64,000 nt of DNA from Candidatus Krumholzibacteriota bacterium (GTDB lineage Bacteria; Krumholzibacteriota; Krumholzibacteriia; JAJRXK01), in NCBI GenBank assembly GCA_963806035.1, contig CAWDWO010000039.1, positions 63,781 through 127,780 on the forward strand. Reading direction: 5' to 3'. The notes under the pieces are model-generated. The model ran no database searches and was not told the DNA's origin. It was given only the letters and a program-made list of their open reading frames with translations. The position numbers and the translations under genes are program-made. Positions 8,621 through 18,596 of this stretch are shown one piece after another. The number at the start of each line of letters is the position of its first letter. The first letter of the stretch is position 1.

Positions 8621-9606
8621 GTCCAGTTCTCCTCGAGAATTCGGATGACTCGATCCGAGTCGCTGAGCAAGAGACAGTATTCCTGCTCCATGTGGCAGGG
8701 GCGAGCCCCGTTGCGCGAGCAGGGCCGGCACGGGAGCTCGTTCTCCACGACTCTGCTGCGTGGATCCAGAGGAAAGTAGCCCAACTCGCGACTGGTGGGA
8801 CCGAACACGGCCAGCACCGGAGTGCCCGCGGCCTCGCTCAGGTGCATCAATCCGCTGTCGTTGCACAGCAAGACTCGACAGCGCGACAAGAGAGCCGCGA
8901 GCGCGCGCAGCTCGAGTTCTCCCGCGCAGACGCGCGCCTCGCGCGGCAGCAGGGAGGCCATCTCCTGGCACAGCTCGCGTTCTTGCTCACTGCCCAGGAT
9001 CACCACCTCGCCGTGTCCTTCGCGCTGCCAGTGCGCCGCCACTTCGCTGAAGCGTTCGAGGGGCCACTGTTTCGTTGCGTGCCGTGAACCGGGAGCGACG
9101 GCCAGGAAGGGGCGCTCGCTGCCGCCCAGGATGGCGGTGGCGGAGGCGTGGTCTTTCTCGCGCAACTGTAGAGTGGGCCGGACACTCTTGCCCTCGGCCC
9201 CGGCGAGGGCCAGATAGCGATCGACCTGGTGCCGGGTCGGGGGAGTGGCGACCCGCGTTCGCAAGAAGAGCAGGCGCGCCGCAGTGTCCTTCGCGATGCG
9301 CTTCACCGGCGTTCCCGCCAGCGCCAGGCACAGCAAGCGGCTGCGCAGGCTGCCGTGGGCGTCCAGGACGAGATCGAATTCCACAGTTTGCAGCTCTCGC
9401 GCGAGGCCGCGCAGTCCGCCGGACTCGTGGCTCAGCCGGAGAACGCGGTCCAGGCGCGTGTCATCCTCGAAGAGGGGGGCGTAGTCGGGTTTGGTGGCCA
9501 GCCAAATTTCGTGCTTCGGCCAGCGCGTACGCAACTCATCGACGAGGGCTCCGAGAAGCACCACATCGCCCAGGGAGCTGAAGCGGAGGATCAGAATACG
9601 TTGCAT
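8617..9606 (-). CDS. glycosyltransferase family 9 (LPS heptosyltransferase-like)
   Basis: MQRILILRFSSLGDVVLLGALV N-terminus and C-terminal LCNDSGLMHLSEAAGTPVLAVFGPTS. ATG at 9606 was chosen over the longer ORF start at 9792. Confidence 0.85.
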   Translation of the reverse strand: MQRILILRFSSLGDVVLLGALVDELRTRWPKHEIWLATKPDYAPLFEDDTRLDRVLRLSHESGGLRGLARELQTVEFDLVLDAHGSLRSRLLCLALAGTPVKRIAKDTAARLLFLRTRVATPPTRHQVDRYLALAGAEGKSVRPTLQLREKDHASATAILGGSERPFLAVAPGSRHATKQWPLERFSEVAAHWQREGHGEVVILGSEQERELCQEMASLLPREARVCAGELELRALAALLSRCRVLLCNDSGLMHLSEAAGTPVLAVFGPTSRELGYFPLDPRSRVVENELPCRPCSRNGARPCHMEQEYCLLLSDSDRVIRILEENWT

Positions 9607-9794
9607 CGTAGGGTTTCGGGGCAATCTCGCCGCGATTGGGGCAGGGTAGGGAGTACTTTGCGAAGTGTCAACGTGACGCCTGCCACGCGAGCTGCCGCCC
9701 TGAGGCTTGTGGAGCCCGGGTGGTCCGTCTATGCTGCCCCGGTACAGGCCTTTGCGTTGGCCTCTTTTCGGCGCTATCACGGGGTCCTGCATTC

Positions 9795-11040
9795 TTGCCC
9801 GCTCTTCTTCTCAACGACCTGCTGCCAATCCTGGTTCTTTTGGGCCTCTCGGCCATTTTCAGCGGGGCGGAGACCGCCATCTTCAGTCTCAGGGAACTGG
9901 AATTGGACGAAATGGGGCAGCTCAAGGGCGCGCCGAGACTGGCGGCCTCCCTGGCGCGGCGACCCAATCGCACCCTCATCACGCTTATTGCTCTCCAACA
10001 TGGTGGCCAACGTTCTGCTGGCGACGCTGGCCACCGCGATCTTCTTGCGGGTGATGGGTCCGATCGGAATGACCATCTCCATCCCGGTCGTCACCGCCGT
10101 GCTCTTGCTCTTTGGCGAAATCGTGCCCAAAACGATCGGGCTGCGCGGCAGCCGCCGTCTCGCGACGACGGTCGCGCCTCTGGTCGATCTTCTGGCGCGC
10201 GTTCTCTACCCGGTTCGCATTCTCATGGAGCTCGTCACGTCGCGCCTCGGCACTTCCAAGCTCCCTTCACGTCTCAGCCGTTCCGAGCTGGGGATTCTCC
10301 TGAGCATCGCGGGAGAGGAGGGGCTCTTTTCGGCATTCGAAACGAAGGTCCTCACCAGCGCGCTGCACCTGGGCGACACGCCCATCGAACGTCTCCTGCG
10401 ACCCCGAGTGGAGGTCGTGGGAGTGGAGCGAACGGCTACTCTGCAAGAAGCTGAAGAGATCTTCGAAAAAAGCGGCTACAGCCGGCTTCCCGTGTACGAG
10501 GAAACGCTCGACCACGTGGTGGGGGTTCTCTATCTGAAAGATCTTCTGACCGCCCGCGATCGCAGCCGCGCGAGGGGAGTCGAGGAATTCATGCACGAGC
10601 CCTTCTTCGTCCCGCAGAGCAAGGCGGCGGACGAGTTGTTCGCCGAATTCCAGTCTCTCCGTGTTCATTTCGCGGTGGTGGTGGGAGAACACGGCGGGAT
10701 GGAGGGCATCGTGACCATGGAAGACGTGGCCGAGGAGCTGGTGGGACAGATCGGGGACGAGAGCGACGTGGTCAAGGTGCGCCTGGAGGTGTTGGCTCAC
10801 GACACCTGGCGAGTCGATGCGGGGATCGAATTGGAGGAGTTGGGGGAGGCGCTCGGCGTACCCATCGGTGAAGGACTCGACGCGGTCACCCTGGCCGGCT
10901 TTCTGGGTGAAACTCTGGGAAGAGTTCCACAAGCGGGTGACGTCTTGGAGCACGAGGGACTGCGCTTTCGTGTGCTCACCGCGCGCCCGAACCGTCCTCT
11001 TTTGGTGCGGGTGACGCGCCGCGGGAGGCGCGTGCGATGA
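9795..11040 (+). CDS. CNNM/HlyC-CorC family transporter (DUF21 + CBS pair + CorC_HlyC), frameshifted as assembled
   Basis: The first DUF21 helix (LLNDLLPILVLLGLSAIFSGAETAIFSL...RPNRTLITL) is in the frame of ORF 9636..10454. The remainder (LLLSNMVANVLLATL...FGEIVPKTIG, CBS pair, C-terminal RFRVLTARPNRPLLVRVTR) is in the frame of ORF 9229..11040. TTG 9795 is a tentative start. Confidence 0.75.
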
Positions 11041-12050
11041 GTTGGCTCGTGAGCTGGATTTTCATGCTGGTCAGCGTGGCCGTGAACGGCTTCTTCGCCG
11101 GCAGCGAGACGGCCTACACCACGGCATCGCGGGTGCGAGTGATGGATCACGCGCAGCGCAAACGACGCGGCGCCGAACTCGCGGTGCGCCTGCTGAAGGA
11201 CAGAGAAAGCGTCATCGTCACTTCCCTCATCGGAAACAACTTGGCAGTCGTGGTGGGAACGGCCATCGCCACCTCAGCGTTCTTGACGCGTTTTGGAGCC
11301 CGGGGAGAAATTCTCGCCGCCACGACCATGGCGGCGCTCAACATCGTCTTCGGTGAGATTCTGCCCAAGTCCTTCTTCCGAGCCCACGCGGAAGCCGCGT
11401 GCCTGCGGGCGGCGCCCCTGATCCTGTTTTCCGAGCGCGCTCTCGCTCCGGTGCGCTGGGCGAGCGCCATTCTGTCGCGCGGCATCCTGTGGATCCTGCG
11501 CATGAACCAGCACCAGGCCGAGCTGACCCTCACCCGCGAGCGGGTGCTCAGGACTTTCCAAAAATCGGCGGCGCACGACGAGATCGATGAAGAGGAGAGG
11601 CGTTTTCTCAGTCGCACCATCGCCTCTTCCAGGACCCCCCTGCGGGCACTGTGCGTTCCGGTGGAGAACCTGAGCTGGCTGAACGAGGATTCGCGAGTCG
11701 AGGATGCCCTGGACCTGGTGCGTGTTCAGGGCCACAGCCGCTTGCCGGTACGGGATGCGGAGGGCCGCGTGCTGGGAATCGTTTTGTTCAAGGATCTTCT
11801 CCACCGGGGACCGAAGGAGCCAGTCCTGGAACTCGTACGGGAGGTGCTGCGACTGGATGGGCGCATGCGCCTGGACGAGGGTATCATGGCTTTTACCAAC
11901 GCGCGGGAAAACCTCGGCGTGGTGATGGACGATGAAGGCGGGGCGAAAGGAATCGTCACCCTCGAGGATCTTCTCGAGCCGCTCCTGGGCGACATCGCCG
12001 ACGAACACGATCCATTGCCCGAACCCGACTTCGATCTGCAGAGTGCGTGA
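11037..12050 (+). CDS. CNNM-family membrane protein (DUF21 + CBS pair, no CorC_HlyC tail)
   Basis: AGSETAYTTASRVRV, LIGNNLAVVVGTAIA, FGEILPKSFF, then a CBS-pair region. Its ATG overlaps the upstream stop (ATGA). Confidence 0.8.
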   Translation: MSWLVSWIFMLVSVAVNGFFAGSETAYTTASRVRVMDHAQRKRRGAELAVRLLKDRESVIVTSLIGNNLAVVVGTAIATSAFLTRFGARGEILAATTMAALNIVFGEILPKSFFRAHAEAACLRAAPLILFSERALAPVRWASAILSRGILWILRMNQHQAELTLTRERVLRTFQKSAAHDEIDEEERRFLSRTIASSRTPLRALCVPVENLSWLNEDSRVEDALDLVRVQGHSRLPVRDAEGRVLGIVLFKDLLHRGPKEPVLELVREVLRLDGRMRLDEGIMAFTNARENLGVVMDDEGGAKGIVTLEDLLEPLLGDIADEHDPLPEPDFDLQSA

Positions 12051-13680
12051 TCCCCTACTGAAAGGACCGGCCCTGGCTTCCCCCCGCGCATTCCTTCGCT
12101 CTTGCAGCGTCCTCTCGGCCCTGGCCGTCCTCTTGACTCTGGCGAGTGTGAGCCGAGCCGCGGACGAGATCGGCCCCATGCGCCTGGGCTTGCCGGGTCT
12201 CTGGAACGCCATCGTGAGTGCGGACCTCTCCGATGCTCCCCTGCGCTTCGGTTTCAGCGCAAGCCACGGCATCATCGACGACGGGCACGGATTCGTGGAC
12301 CCCACGTTCTTGCCGGGGCTCACCACCGAGGAACTCAGGTTCGAGTTCTCACTCCGCGTGTCGCATCTCGCCACTCTGTCGGCCTCGATGCCGTGGCGGC
12401 GTTACGAGATCGCCGAGGGGGGCAGGGCCGCGCCCTTCAGCGCCAGCGGAAAAGGGGATTTTCAGGCCAGCGCGTTCGTGCCCGCGCTCAGTCTGGCTCG
12501 GCATCGCTTGAATACAGGATTTTGGGGAAGTCTTCGACTGCCGACCGGAAATTCAGACAGGGGCTTGAGTACCGGCGCACGGGAGGGTGAATTCGGTTTC
12601 GCGACGACTTTGAAGATGTTCGAAGATTCGAACATGCCCCCGACGCGCCTCACTCTGAACTTGGGATACCGGATCAACAGGAATGACCGCGACGGCTACG
12701 GCAATCTGACAGGAAGTTACGCGCGGCCGGATTCCACGGGGGTGTTTTCGCCCCAGTATCCACCCCTCGCCGTCGACGAACGAGGCCGCGACAACGATCA
12801 GCTGCTCTTGCGCGCGGGAGTGGAAGTCCGTCGCGACTGGGCCCACCTCTTTCTGGAGTATTCCGCCGATTGGCTCGCGTGGTACCCGGACGCCTCCTAC
12901 CGCGAGAGCGCGTCGTGGATCACGCCGGGCATCTACCTTGGTTCGCCGGCAAGCCTGGCCTTCAAGGCCTCCTGGGCCATCGGTCTGTGGACCGACGAAG
13001 CCAGGACCAGCTACGTGCCGCGCGTCCCCGATTGGATTTTCAGCGCGGGTATTTCCTATCCCTTCTTCCTGGGCACGAGGGACAGAGACGGGGACGGGAT
13101 TCCCGACAAGCGCGACGGCTGCGTGGATCAGCCCGAAGATCACGACGGATTCCAGGACGAGGACGGATGCCCCGATTACGACAACGACGGCGACGGCATT
13201 CCGGATCGCCAGGACCTGGCGCCCGATCAGCCCGAGGACTACGACGGCTTCGAGGATCAGGACGGCGTTCCCGATCTCGATAACGACGGCGATGGCATCC
13301 CCGACATTCGCGACGCCTGTCCCAACGATCCCGAGGATTTCAACGGATTCTTGGACAATGACGGTTGCCCCGACGGCGTGCACGATCTCGACGGGGACGG
13401 CATTCCCGACTCCAAAGACATCTGCCCCAGGGAGGCCGAGGACCTGGATGGCTTCGAGGACGACGACGGATGCCCCGATCTAGACAACGACCTCGACGGC
13501 ATTCCCGATACGCAGGACAAGTGTCCTCTGCAGGCGGAGGACTACAACGGAATTGAGGACGACGACGGTTGTCCCGACGCCGTGGTTCCGCCGCCAGCCC
13601 GCATGGAAAAGTCCGGAGAGTCCCCGGAGAAGTCCAAGGACTCCTCCAAGAAAAGCAAAGAAGACTCCTCCAAAAGCTGA
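12043..13680 (+). CDS. outer-membrane protein with N-terminal beta-barrel-like region and thrombospondin type-3 (Ca-binding) repeats
   Basis: GTG start. Signal peptide ...SALAVLLTLASVSRA|ADE. About 330 aa with alternating beta-strand-like segments rich in aromatic residues. Then about 9 repeats of DxDxDGIPDxxDxCPxxxEDxDGFxDxDGCPD. Ends in a K/S/E-rich tail. No OmpA-like C-terminal domain was recognised. Confidence 0.7.
   Translation: MRDPLLKGPALASPRAFLRSCSVLSALAVLLTLASVSRAADEIGPMRLGLPGLWNAIVSADLSDAPLRFGFSASHGIIDDGHGFVDPTFLPGLTTEELRFEFSLRVSHLATLSASMPWRRYEIAEGGRAAPFSASGKGDFQASAFVPALSLARHRLNTGFWGSLRLPTGNSDRGLSTGAREGEFGFATTLKMFEDSNMPPTRLTLNLGYRINRNDRDGYGNLTGSYARPDSTGVFSPQYPPLAVDERGRDNDQLLLRAGVEVRRDWAHLFLEYSADWLAWYPDASYRESASWITPGIYLGSPASLAFKASWAIGLWTDEARTSYVPRVPDWIFSAGISYPFFLGTRDRDGDGIPDKRDGCVDQPEDHDGFQDEDGCPDYDNDGDGIPDRQDLAPDQPEDYDGFEDQDGVPDLDNDGDGIPDIRDACPNDPEDFNGFLDNDGCPDGVHDLDGDGIPDSKDICPREAEDLDGFEDDDGCPDLDNDLDGIPDTQDKCPLQAEDYNGIEDDDGCPDAVVPPPARMEKSGESPEKSKDSSKKSKEDSSKS
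13078..13590 (+). repeat. tandem thrombospondin type-3-like coding repeats
   Basis: Repeated gacggcattcccgac / gatggcttcgaggac / gacggatgccccgat units, seen at both DNA and protein level. Confidence 0.8.
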
Positions 13681-13702
13681 ATCACGGAGGAGGGGGCTGA
13701 GC

Positions 13703-14509
13703 TCAGAACGGCCGGTCGTTGGCCTTGCTCTCCTCCCAGTAGCGGAACATCTCCTCGCGGCTCAAGTCCTTCACCTTCTTGCCCTCGCGCGCACAGCGCT
13801 CCTCCATTTCGCGAAAGCGGCGCGCGAACTTGCGGTTGGTGCCGCTCAAGCAACTCTCGGGATCGAGATCGAGTTTGCGCGCGAGCTGAGTCGCGGCGAA
13901 GAGAATGTCCCCCATCTCATCGCGGATTCGTTCCTTGCTCTGGCCCTTCCGTGCCTCTTGAAGTTCCTCGATCTCCTCTTTCAATTTGTGCAGCACTTCA
14001 GCGGGATCGTTCCAGTCAAAGCCGGTATCGGCCGCGCTCTGGCCGAAGATGAGAGCCTGACGCAGGGCTGAGCTCGAGGCCGAGAGATGTTTCAATGCCC
14101 CGGCTCGCTCGCGCTTCTTCTTGCCTTCCTTCGCCTTCTCGCGCTTCCAGATGGCTTGAGCCTCGCTCGCGGTGGTCGCGTTCTCTTCGCCGAACACGTG
14201 GGGCTTGCGCCGGATGAGCTTCTGGGCACCCGCCTCGGCCAGTTCTTCCAGTGTCACTCCGGTCTTTTCGGACAGAAGCAGCCAATTGAAACAGACCATG
14301 TAGAGCAGGTCCGCCAGTTCTTCCCTCAGCTCCTCGGGATCGCCCCCGGCGCTCGCTTCCACATATTCGAAGACTTCGTCCTGGAGGAAGCGCGCCGCGC
14401 TGGGAAGTGTCTGTTGCTGGTCCCAGGGGCAACCCTCTGGACCGCGCAGACGTTGCAGGACTTCGATCAGGGCAGTGAGGGAATGTTCCACCGAACTCCC
14501 TTTCCACAA
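13703..14509 (-). CDS. mazG: nucleoside triphosphate pyrophosphohydrolase MazG
   Basis: LIEVLQRLRGPEGCPWDQQQT, followed by EExxE/ELADLLY motifs in two tandem MazG domains. 268 aa. Confidence 0.85.
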   Translation of the reverse strand: MWKGSSVEHSLTALIEVLQRLRGPEGCPWDQQQTLPSAARFLQDEVFEYVEASAGGDPEELREELADLLYMVCFNWLLLSEKTGVTLEELAEAGAQKLIRRKPHVFGEENATTASEAQAIWKREKAKEGKKKRERAGALKHLSASSSALRQALIFGQSAADTGFDWNDPAEVLHKLKEEIEELQEARKGQSKERIRDEMGDILFAATQLARKLDLDPESCLSGTNRKFARRFREMEERCAREGKKVKDLSREEMFRYWEESKANDRPF

Positions 14510-14606
14510 GGCTGGTTTGACCCGGAAGGAGGAGCACGTTAAGCTTCTCCTCTGTCTCTGATTTCTCCAAACAGCCCTTCAGGGCCCGGCAGGGGCCGGA
14601 TGGATT

Positions 14607-17402
14607 ATGGCGAGTGCCGAAACTATCACGATCCACGGGGCCCGCCAACACAACCTGCGGAATCTGGATCTCTCCATCCCCAAGGCTCATTTCACCACCA
14701 TCAGCGGGGTCTCCGGCAGCGGCAAATCTTCCTTGGCCTTCGATACTCTCTACGCCGAGGGACAGCGCTGCTACGTGGAGAGTCTCTCCACCTACGCGCG
14801 ACAGTTCCTCGAGAGATTGGAAAAACCCGAGGTCGATTTCATCGACGGAATCCAGCCCGCCATCGCGATCCGGCAGCGCAACACGATTCGCTCCAGCCGC
14901 TCGACGGTGGGAACCTCGACGGAAATTCACGACTACCTGCGCCTCCTCTATGCTCGAGCCGGACGCACCTACTGTCTGGACTGTGGAGTGGAGGTTACAC
15001 CGGATACTCCGGATGGGGCCGTCGTCAAAGCCCGCGAGAAATTCGACGAGGGAGCGCGGATCCACGTCGTCTTTCCCGCCGCGGCGACCGAGACGCTGAG
15101 TTTCCAGGAGCTGGCGAGTCGTCTGGTGGCGCAGGGCTATCTACGCGCTCTGTGCGGCGAGGAAGTTCGATCGCTCGAGGATTCCTGGCGGCGCGAACCG
15201 AAGGTGGGTGAAGAGTTTTACGTACTCGCCGATCGCATGGTCTTCAAACCGGAGAACGAACTGCGTCTGGCCGAATCGGTGGAGGCCGCCCTCAGCGCCG
15301 GTGAAGGACGCGCGGGCATCGTAAAGGAGAACAGCGCGGACATTCTGCCCCTGAGCAAGGTCTTTGCTTGCTCGCACTGTGGCCGCTCCTACGAACCGCC
15401 CCACGCGCAGCTTTTTTCCTTCAATTCTCCCCAGGGGGCATGCCCGGCCTGCAACGGTTTCGGCGAGAGACTCGAATTCGACGAGCGCAGGATCATCCCC
15501 GATCTGGGCCGCAGCCTCGGAGCCGGAGCGGTGAAGCTCTGGGCCAGCGAGACCTTCGCTCACGAGATGAGCGTCATGCTGAAGGCCTGTCGCCGGCGCA
15601 AGATTCCCATCGACGTGCCCTTCGAAAAGCTGAGCGCGAAGCACAAGACATTCATCCTCGAGGCGCGCGAGAAAGACTATGTCGGAGTCATCCCCTGGCT
15701 GAGCGAGATGCGCGAGGCGAGGGTCAAGGAGGGACATCGCTTCTACACTCGCCGCTACATGGGGCGAAGCACCTGCCGCACTTGCCAGGGAACGCGGCTC
15801 AAACCCGAAGCGCGGGCCGTGCGCGTGGGGGGAGTTGGCATCGGTGATTTGTGCGCGATGTCCATCCCCAATGCGAGGAAGTTTCTAAAGGAACTGAAGC
15901 TCGACGAGACACGGCGCGAAATCGTGAGAGACGTGCTACTCGAAATCCTCGAGCGCCTCTCGTTCTTGGAAGCCATTGGTCTGGGTTATCTCGATCTTTC
16001 GCGCGCCAGCCGCACCCTGAGCGGCGGGGAAATGCAGCGAATTCACCTGAGCAACGCGCTCTCCAGCCGCCTGGTGGAAACGCTCTACGTGCTGGACGAG
16101 CCCAGTATCGGCCTGCATCCGGCGGACACCTATCGCCTCATCGAACGCCTGAAAGAGCTGGCGCAACTCGGCAACACGGTCGTCGTGGTCGAACACGATT
16201 TGGAGATCTTGCGTTCCAGCGACAGACTCATCGACCTCGGACCCGGTGCGGGAACGCACGGAGGCCGGGTGCTCTACGAGGGAGTTCCGCCACAGGGGAA
16301 CGATCCGAATCCGGGGGCAAAGGACAGCCTGACTTGCGCCTATCTCTCCGGAGAGCGCGAAGTACCAATGCGCAAGAACCGGCGCGCGGCGGGTCGCAAG
16401 CGGGTCACTCTGGTCAACGCGCGTCTGCACAACCTGAAGGGCATCGACTTCACCTTGCCTCTGGGACTCTTCGTGTGCGTGACCGGCGTGAGCGGTTCGG
16501 GCAAGAGCACCCTGGTGAACGAGCTGCTCTATCCGGCGCTCACCGGACAGATTGCCGGGGGAACGGGCAGGCTGCACGGTTTCGACGCGCTGCACGGCGC
16601 GGAGAACGTGGATCAAGTGGTGATGGTCGATCAGAGTCCGGTGGGACGTAGCGCGCGCAGCAATCCGGGAACCTACCTGCACGTTCTCGGAGATATCCGC
16701 GAGTTACTGGCCTCCACCGCCGAGGCACGAAAACGCGGCTGGACCGCGGGACGTTTCTCCTTCAACGTCGCCGGTGGTCGCTGCCCGGTCTGCCAGGGAA
16801 TGGGCGAGGTGAGAGTGGAGATGCAGTTCATGGCCGACGTGACCGTACCCTGTGAGGAGTGCGGCGGACGGCGCTTCGAACCCTCGACTCTCTTGGTCAA
16901 GTATCGCGGTCGCAACATTTCGGAGATCCTCGATCTCACGGTGGACGAGGCCATCAACTTTTTCGCCGACTCGCCCGCGATAGGTGCCAGACTCTGGCTG
17001 CTCCAGCGCGTGGGACTCGGCTATTTGAAGCTCGGCCAGCCAGCGGGCACCCTCAGCGGAGGCGAGAGTCAACGGCTCAAGATCGCGCGTGAACTGTCCT
17101 ACGGAGGCAAGGATCACACTCTCTATCTGCTCGACGAACCAACCTGCGGACTGCATCCTGAAGACATCAAGCGCCTGGTGACGGTTCTGAACGAACTGGT
17201 GGACGCGGGGAATACCGTGCTCGTCATCGAACACAACCTGGATGTGATCAAGAATGCCGATCACGTGGTCGATCTGGGAATTGGCGGTGGGCCGGCCGGG
17301 GGTAAGATCGTGGTCGCGGGACCTCCGGAGAGCCTCACGGAAAATGCCGAATCCGTCACCGGAAAGCACCTGCGCGAGATGTTGTCCATGCAGAGGAGCT
17401 AG
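14607..17402 (+). CDS. uvrA: excinuclease ABC subunit A (UvrA family)
   Basis: 931 aa. Two Walker A motifs (GVSGSGKSS, GVSGSGKST), two ABC signatures (LSGGEMQR, LSGGESQR), and zinc modules CSHCGRS...CPACNGFG and CPVCQG...CEECGG. Confidence 0.85.
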   Translation: MASAETITIHGARQHNLRNLDLSIPKAHFTTISGVSGSGKSSLAFDTLYAEGQRCYVESLSTYARQFLERLEKPEVDFIDGIQPAIAIRQRNTIRSSRSTVGTSTEIHDYLRLLYARAGRTYCLDCGVEVTPDTPDGAVVKAREKFDEGARIHVVFPAAATETLSFQELASRLVAQGYLRALCGEEVRSLEDSWRREPKVGEEFYVLADRMVFKPENELRLAESVEAALSAGEGRAGIVKENSADILPLSKVFACSHCGRSYEPPHAQLFSFNSPQGACPACNGFGERLEFDERRIIPDLGRSLGAGAVKLWASETFAHEMSVMLKACRRRKIPIDVPFEKLSAKHKTFILEAREKDYVGVIPWLSEMREARVKEGHRFYTRRYMGRSTCRTCQGTRLKPEARAVRVGGVGIGDLCAMSIPNARKFLKELKLDETRREIVRDVLLEILERLSFLEAIGLGYLDLSRASRTLSGGEMQRIHLSNALSSRLVETLYVLDEPSIGLHPADTYRLIERLKELAQLGNTVVVVEHDLEILRSSDRLIDLGPGAGTHGGRVLYEGVPPQGNDPNPGAKDSLTCAYLSGEREVPMRKNRRAAGRKRVTLVNARLHNLKGIDFTLPLGLFVCVTGVSGSGKSTLVNELLYPALTGQIAGGTGRLHGFDALHGAENVDQVVMVDQSPVGRSARSNPGTYLHVLGDIRELLASTAEARKRGWTAGRFSFNVAGGRCPVCQGMGEVRVEMQFMADVTVPCEECGGRRFEPSTLLVKYRGRNISEILDLTVDEAINFFADSPAIGARLWLLQRVGLGYLKLGQPAGTLSGGESQRLKIARELSYGGKDHTLYLLDEPTCGLHPEDIKRLVTVLNELVDAGNTVLVIEHNLDVIKNADHVVDLGIGGGPAGGKIVVAGPPESLTENAESVTGKHLREMLSMQRS

Positions 17403-17405
17403 GGG

Positions 17406-18383
17406 ATGAGAGTCCTGGTCACCGGCGGCGCCGGCTACATCGGAAGCGTGACGGTCCGCCAGCTACTAAAGGACGGTCACGAGGTGACGGTCCTCGACGA
17501 TTTGAGTACGGGGCATCGCGCGGCAATCGAAGCGCGTGCGCGTTTCGTGGAGGGTCGCGTGCAGGACGCTGTCGCCCTCTCGGAGGCTCTGAGGGGCAGC
17601 GAGGCCGTGATCCACTTCGCCTCCTTGAGTTTGGTATCGGAGAGCGTGCGCGCTCCGCGCCGCTATTTTCGTGAGAACCTCTCGGCCGCGCTCGAGCTGC
17701 TGGAGGGAATGGAGCGCGCGAAAGTCCGCCGCCTGGTGTTCTCCAGCAGCGCCGCCGTCTACGGCGAGCCGGAGCTCGAGCTCATCGACGAAGACACACC
17801 GCTGCGGCCGGTGAACCCCTACGGGATGAGCAAACTCATGGTGGAGGAAATCCTCGCCGAGGAGGCCCGGGCCAACGGCCTGTCCGCAATGGCTCTGCGT
17901 TACTTCAATGCTTGCGGCTCGGATGGGGTCCACGGAGAGGACCATGATCCGGAGACCCATCTCATCCCGCGTCTGTGCGCGGCGCTCTTGGAGCGCGGGC
18001 GGGAGTTCGTCATCCACGGACGCGACTTTCCCACCGCGGACGGCACCGCGGTGCGCGACTACGTCCACGTGGTCGATCTGGCACGGGCTCACGTGAGCGC
18101 CCTGGCTGCGCTTCAGGCTCCCGGCTTCGAAGCTCTCAACCTGGGAACCGGCGCGGGAGCGAGCGTGCTCGAAGTGGTGCGCGCCGCGCAGGAGCTGGCG
18201 GGTTCCTCACTCGAGCTTCCCTTCGGCCCCCGGCGGGCGGGCGATCCGGCGCGGCTGGTGGCGGGGAACGAACGGGCGCGGCGCCGGCTCGCTTGGCGGC
18301 CCGAGCGCTCCGGGCTGAAGACCATCCTGCAGGACGCCTATCGCTGGCACCAGGAGCACCCCCAGGGCTACTCGGACGCTTGA
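17406..18383 (+). CDS. galE: UDP-glucose 4-epimerase
   Basis: MRVLVTGGAGYIGS Rossmann motif, catalytic YGMSK, 325 aa. Confidence 0.85.
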   Translation: MRVLVTGGAGYIGSVTVRQLLKDGHEVTVLDDLSTGHRAAIEARARFVEGRVQDAVALSEALRGSEAVIHFASLSLVSESVRAPRRYFRENLSAALELLEGMERAKVRRLVFSSSAAVYGEPELELIDEDTPLRPVNPYGMSKLMVEEILAEEARANGLSAMALRYFNACGSDGVHGEDHDPETHLIPRLCAALLERGREFVIHGRDFPTADGTAVRDYVHVVDLARAHVSALAALQAPGFEALNLGTGAGASVLEVVRAAQELAGSSLELPFGPRRAGDPARLVAGNERARRRLAWRPERSGLKTILQDAYRWHQEHPQGYSDA

Positions 18384-18596
18384 GCCACCGTCGCCCCAGC
18401 GGCTGATCTGATCCCGGCAGCGGCGAAAAGCTGGGCAGGGGAGATGAGGGGTCGTCGCAGGGAAATTCCCGGTTTTCCGCCGCTGAATGAGCCTATTCGA
18501 GGCATTTTCCGCCGTCTGTGCGCCTTTGCGGAGACGCAGGGTCTCTCTGGCACTCCGGTTGCCCTTCGCGGGAGCATCTGGAGGGGAGACCACGCC

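Noticed and set aside
14510-14606. Possible LexA/SOS box in the mazG-uvrA divergent region (CTGT...ACAG at about 14551-14575).
   Set aside because: The half-sites are separated by 15 nt rather than the 8 nt of the CTGT-N8-ACAG box. No other known LexA motif type was recognisable.
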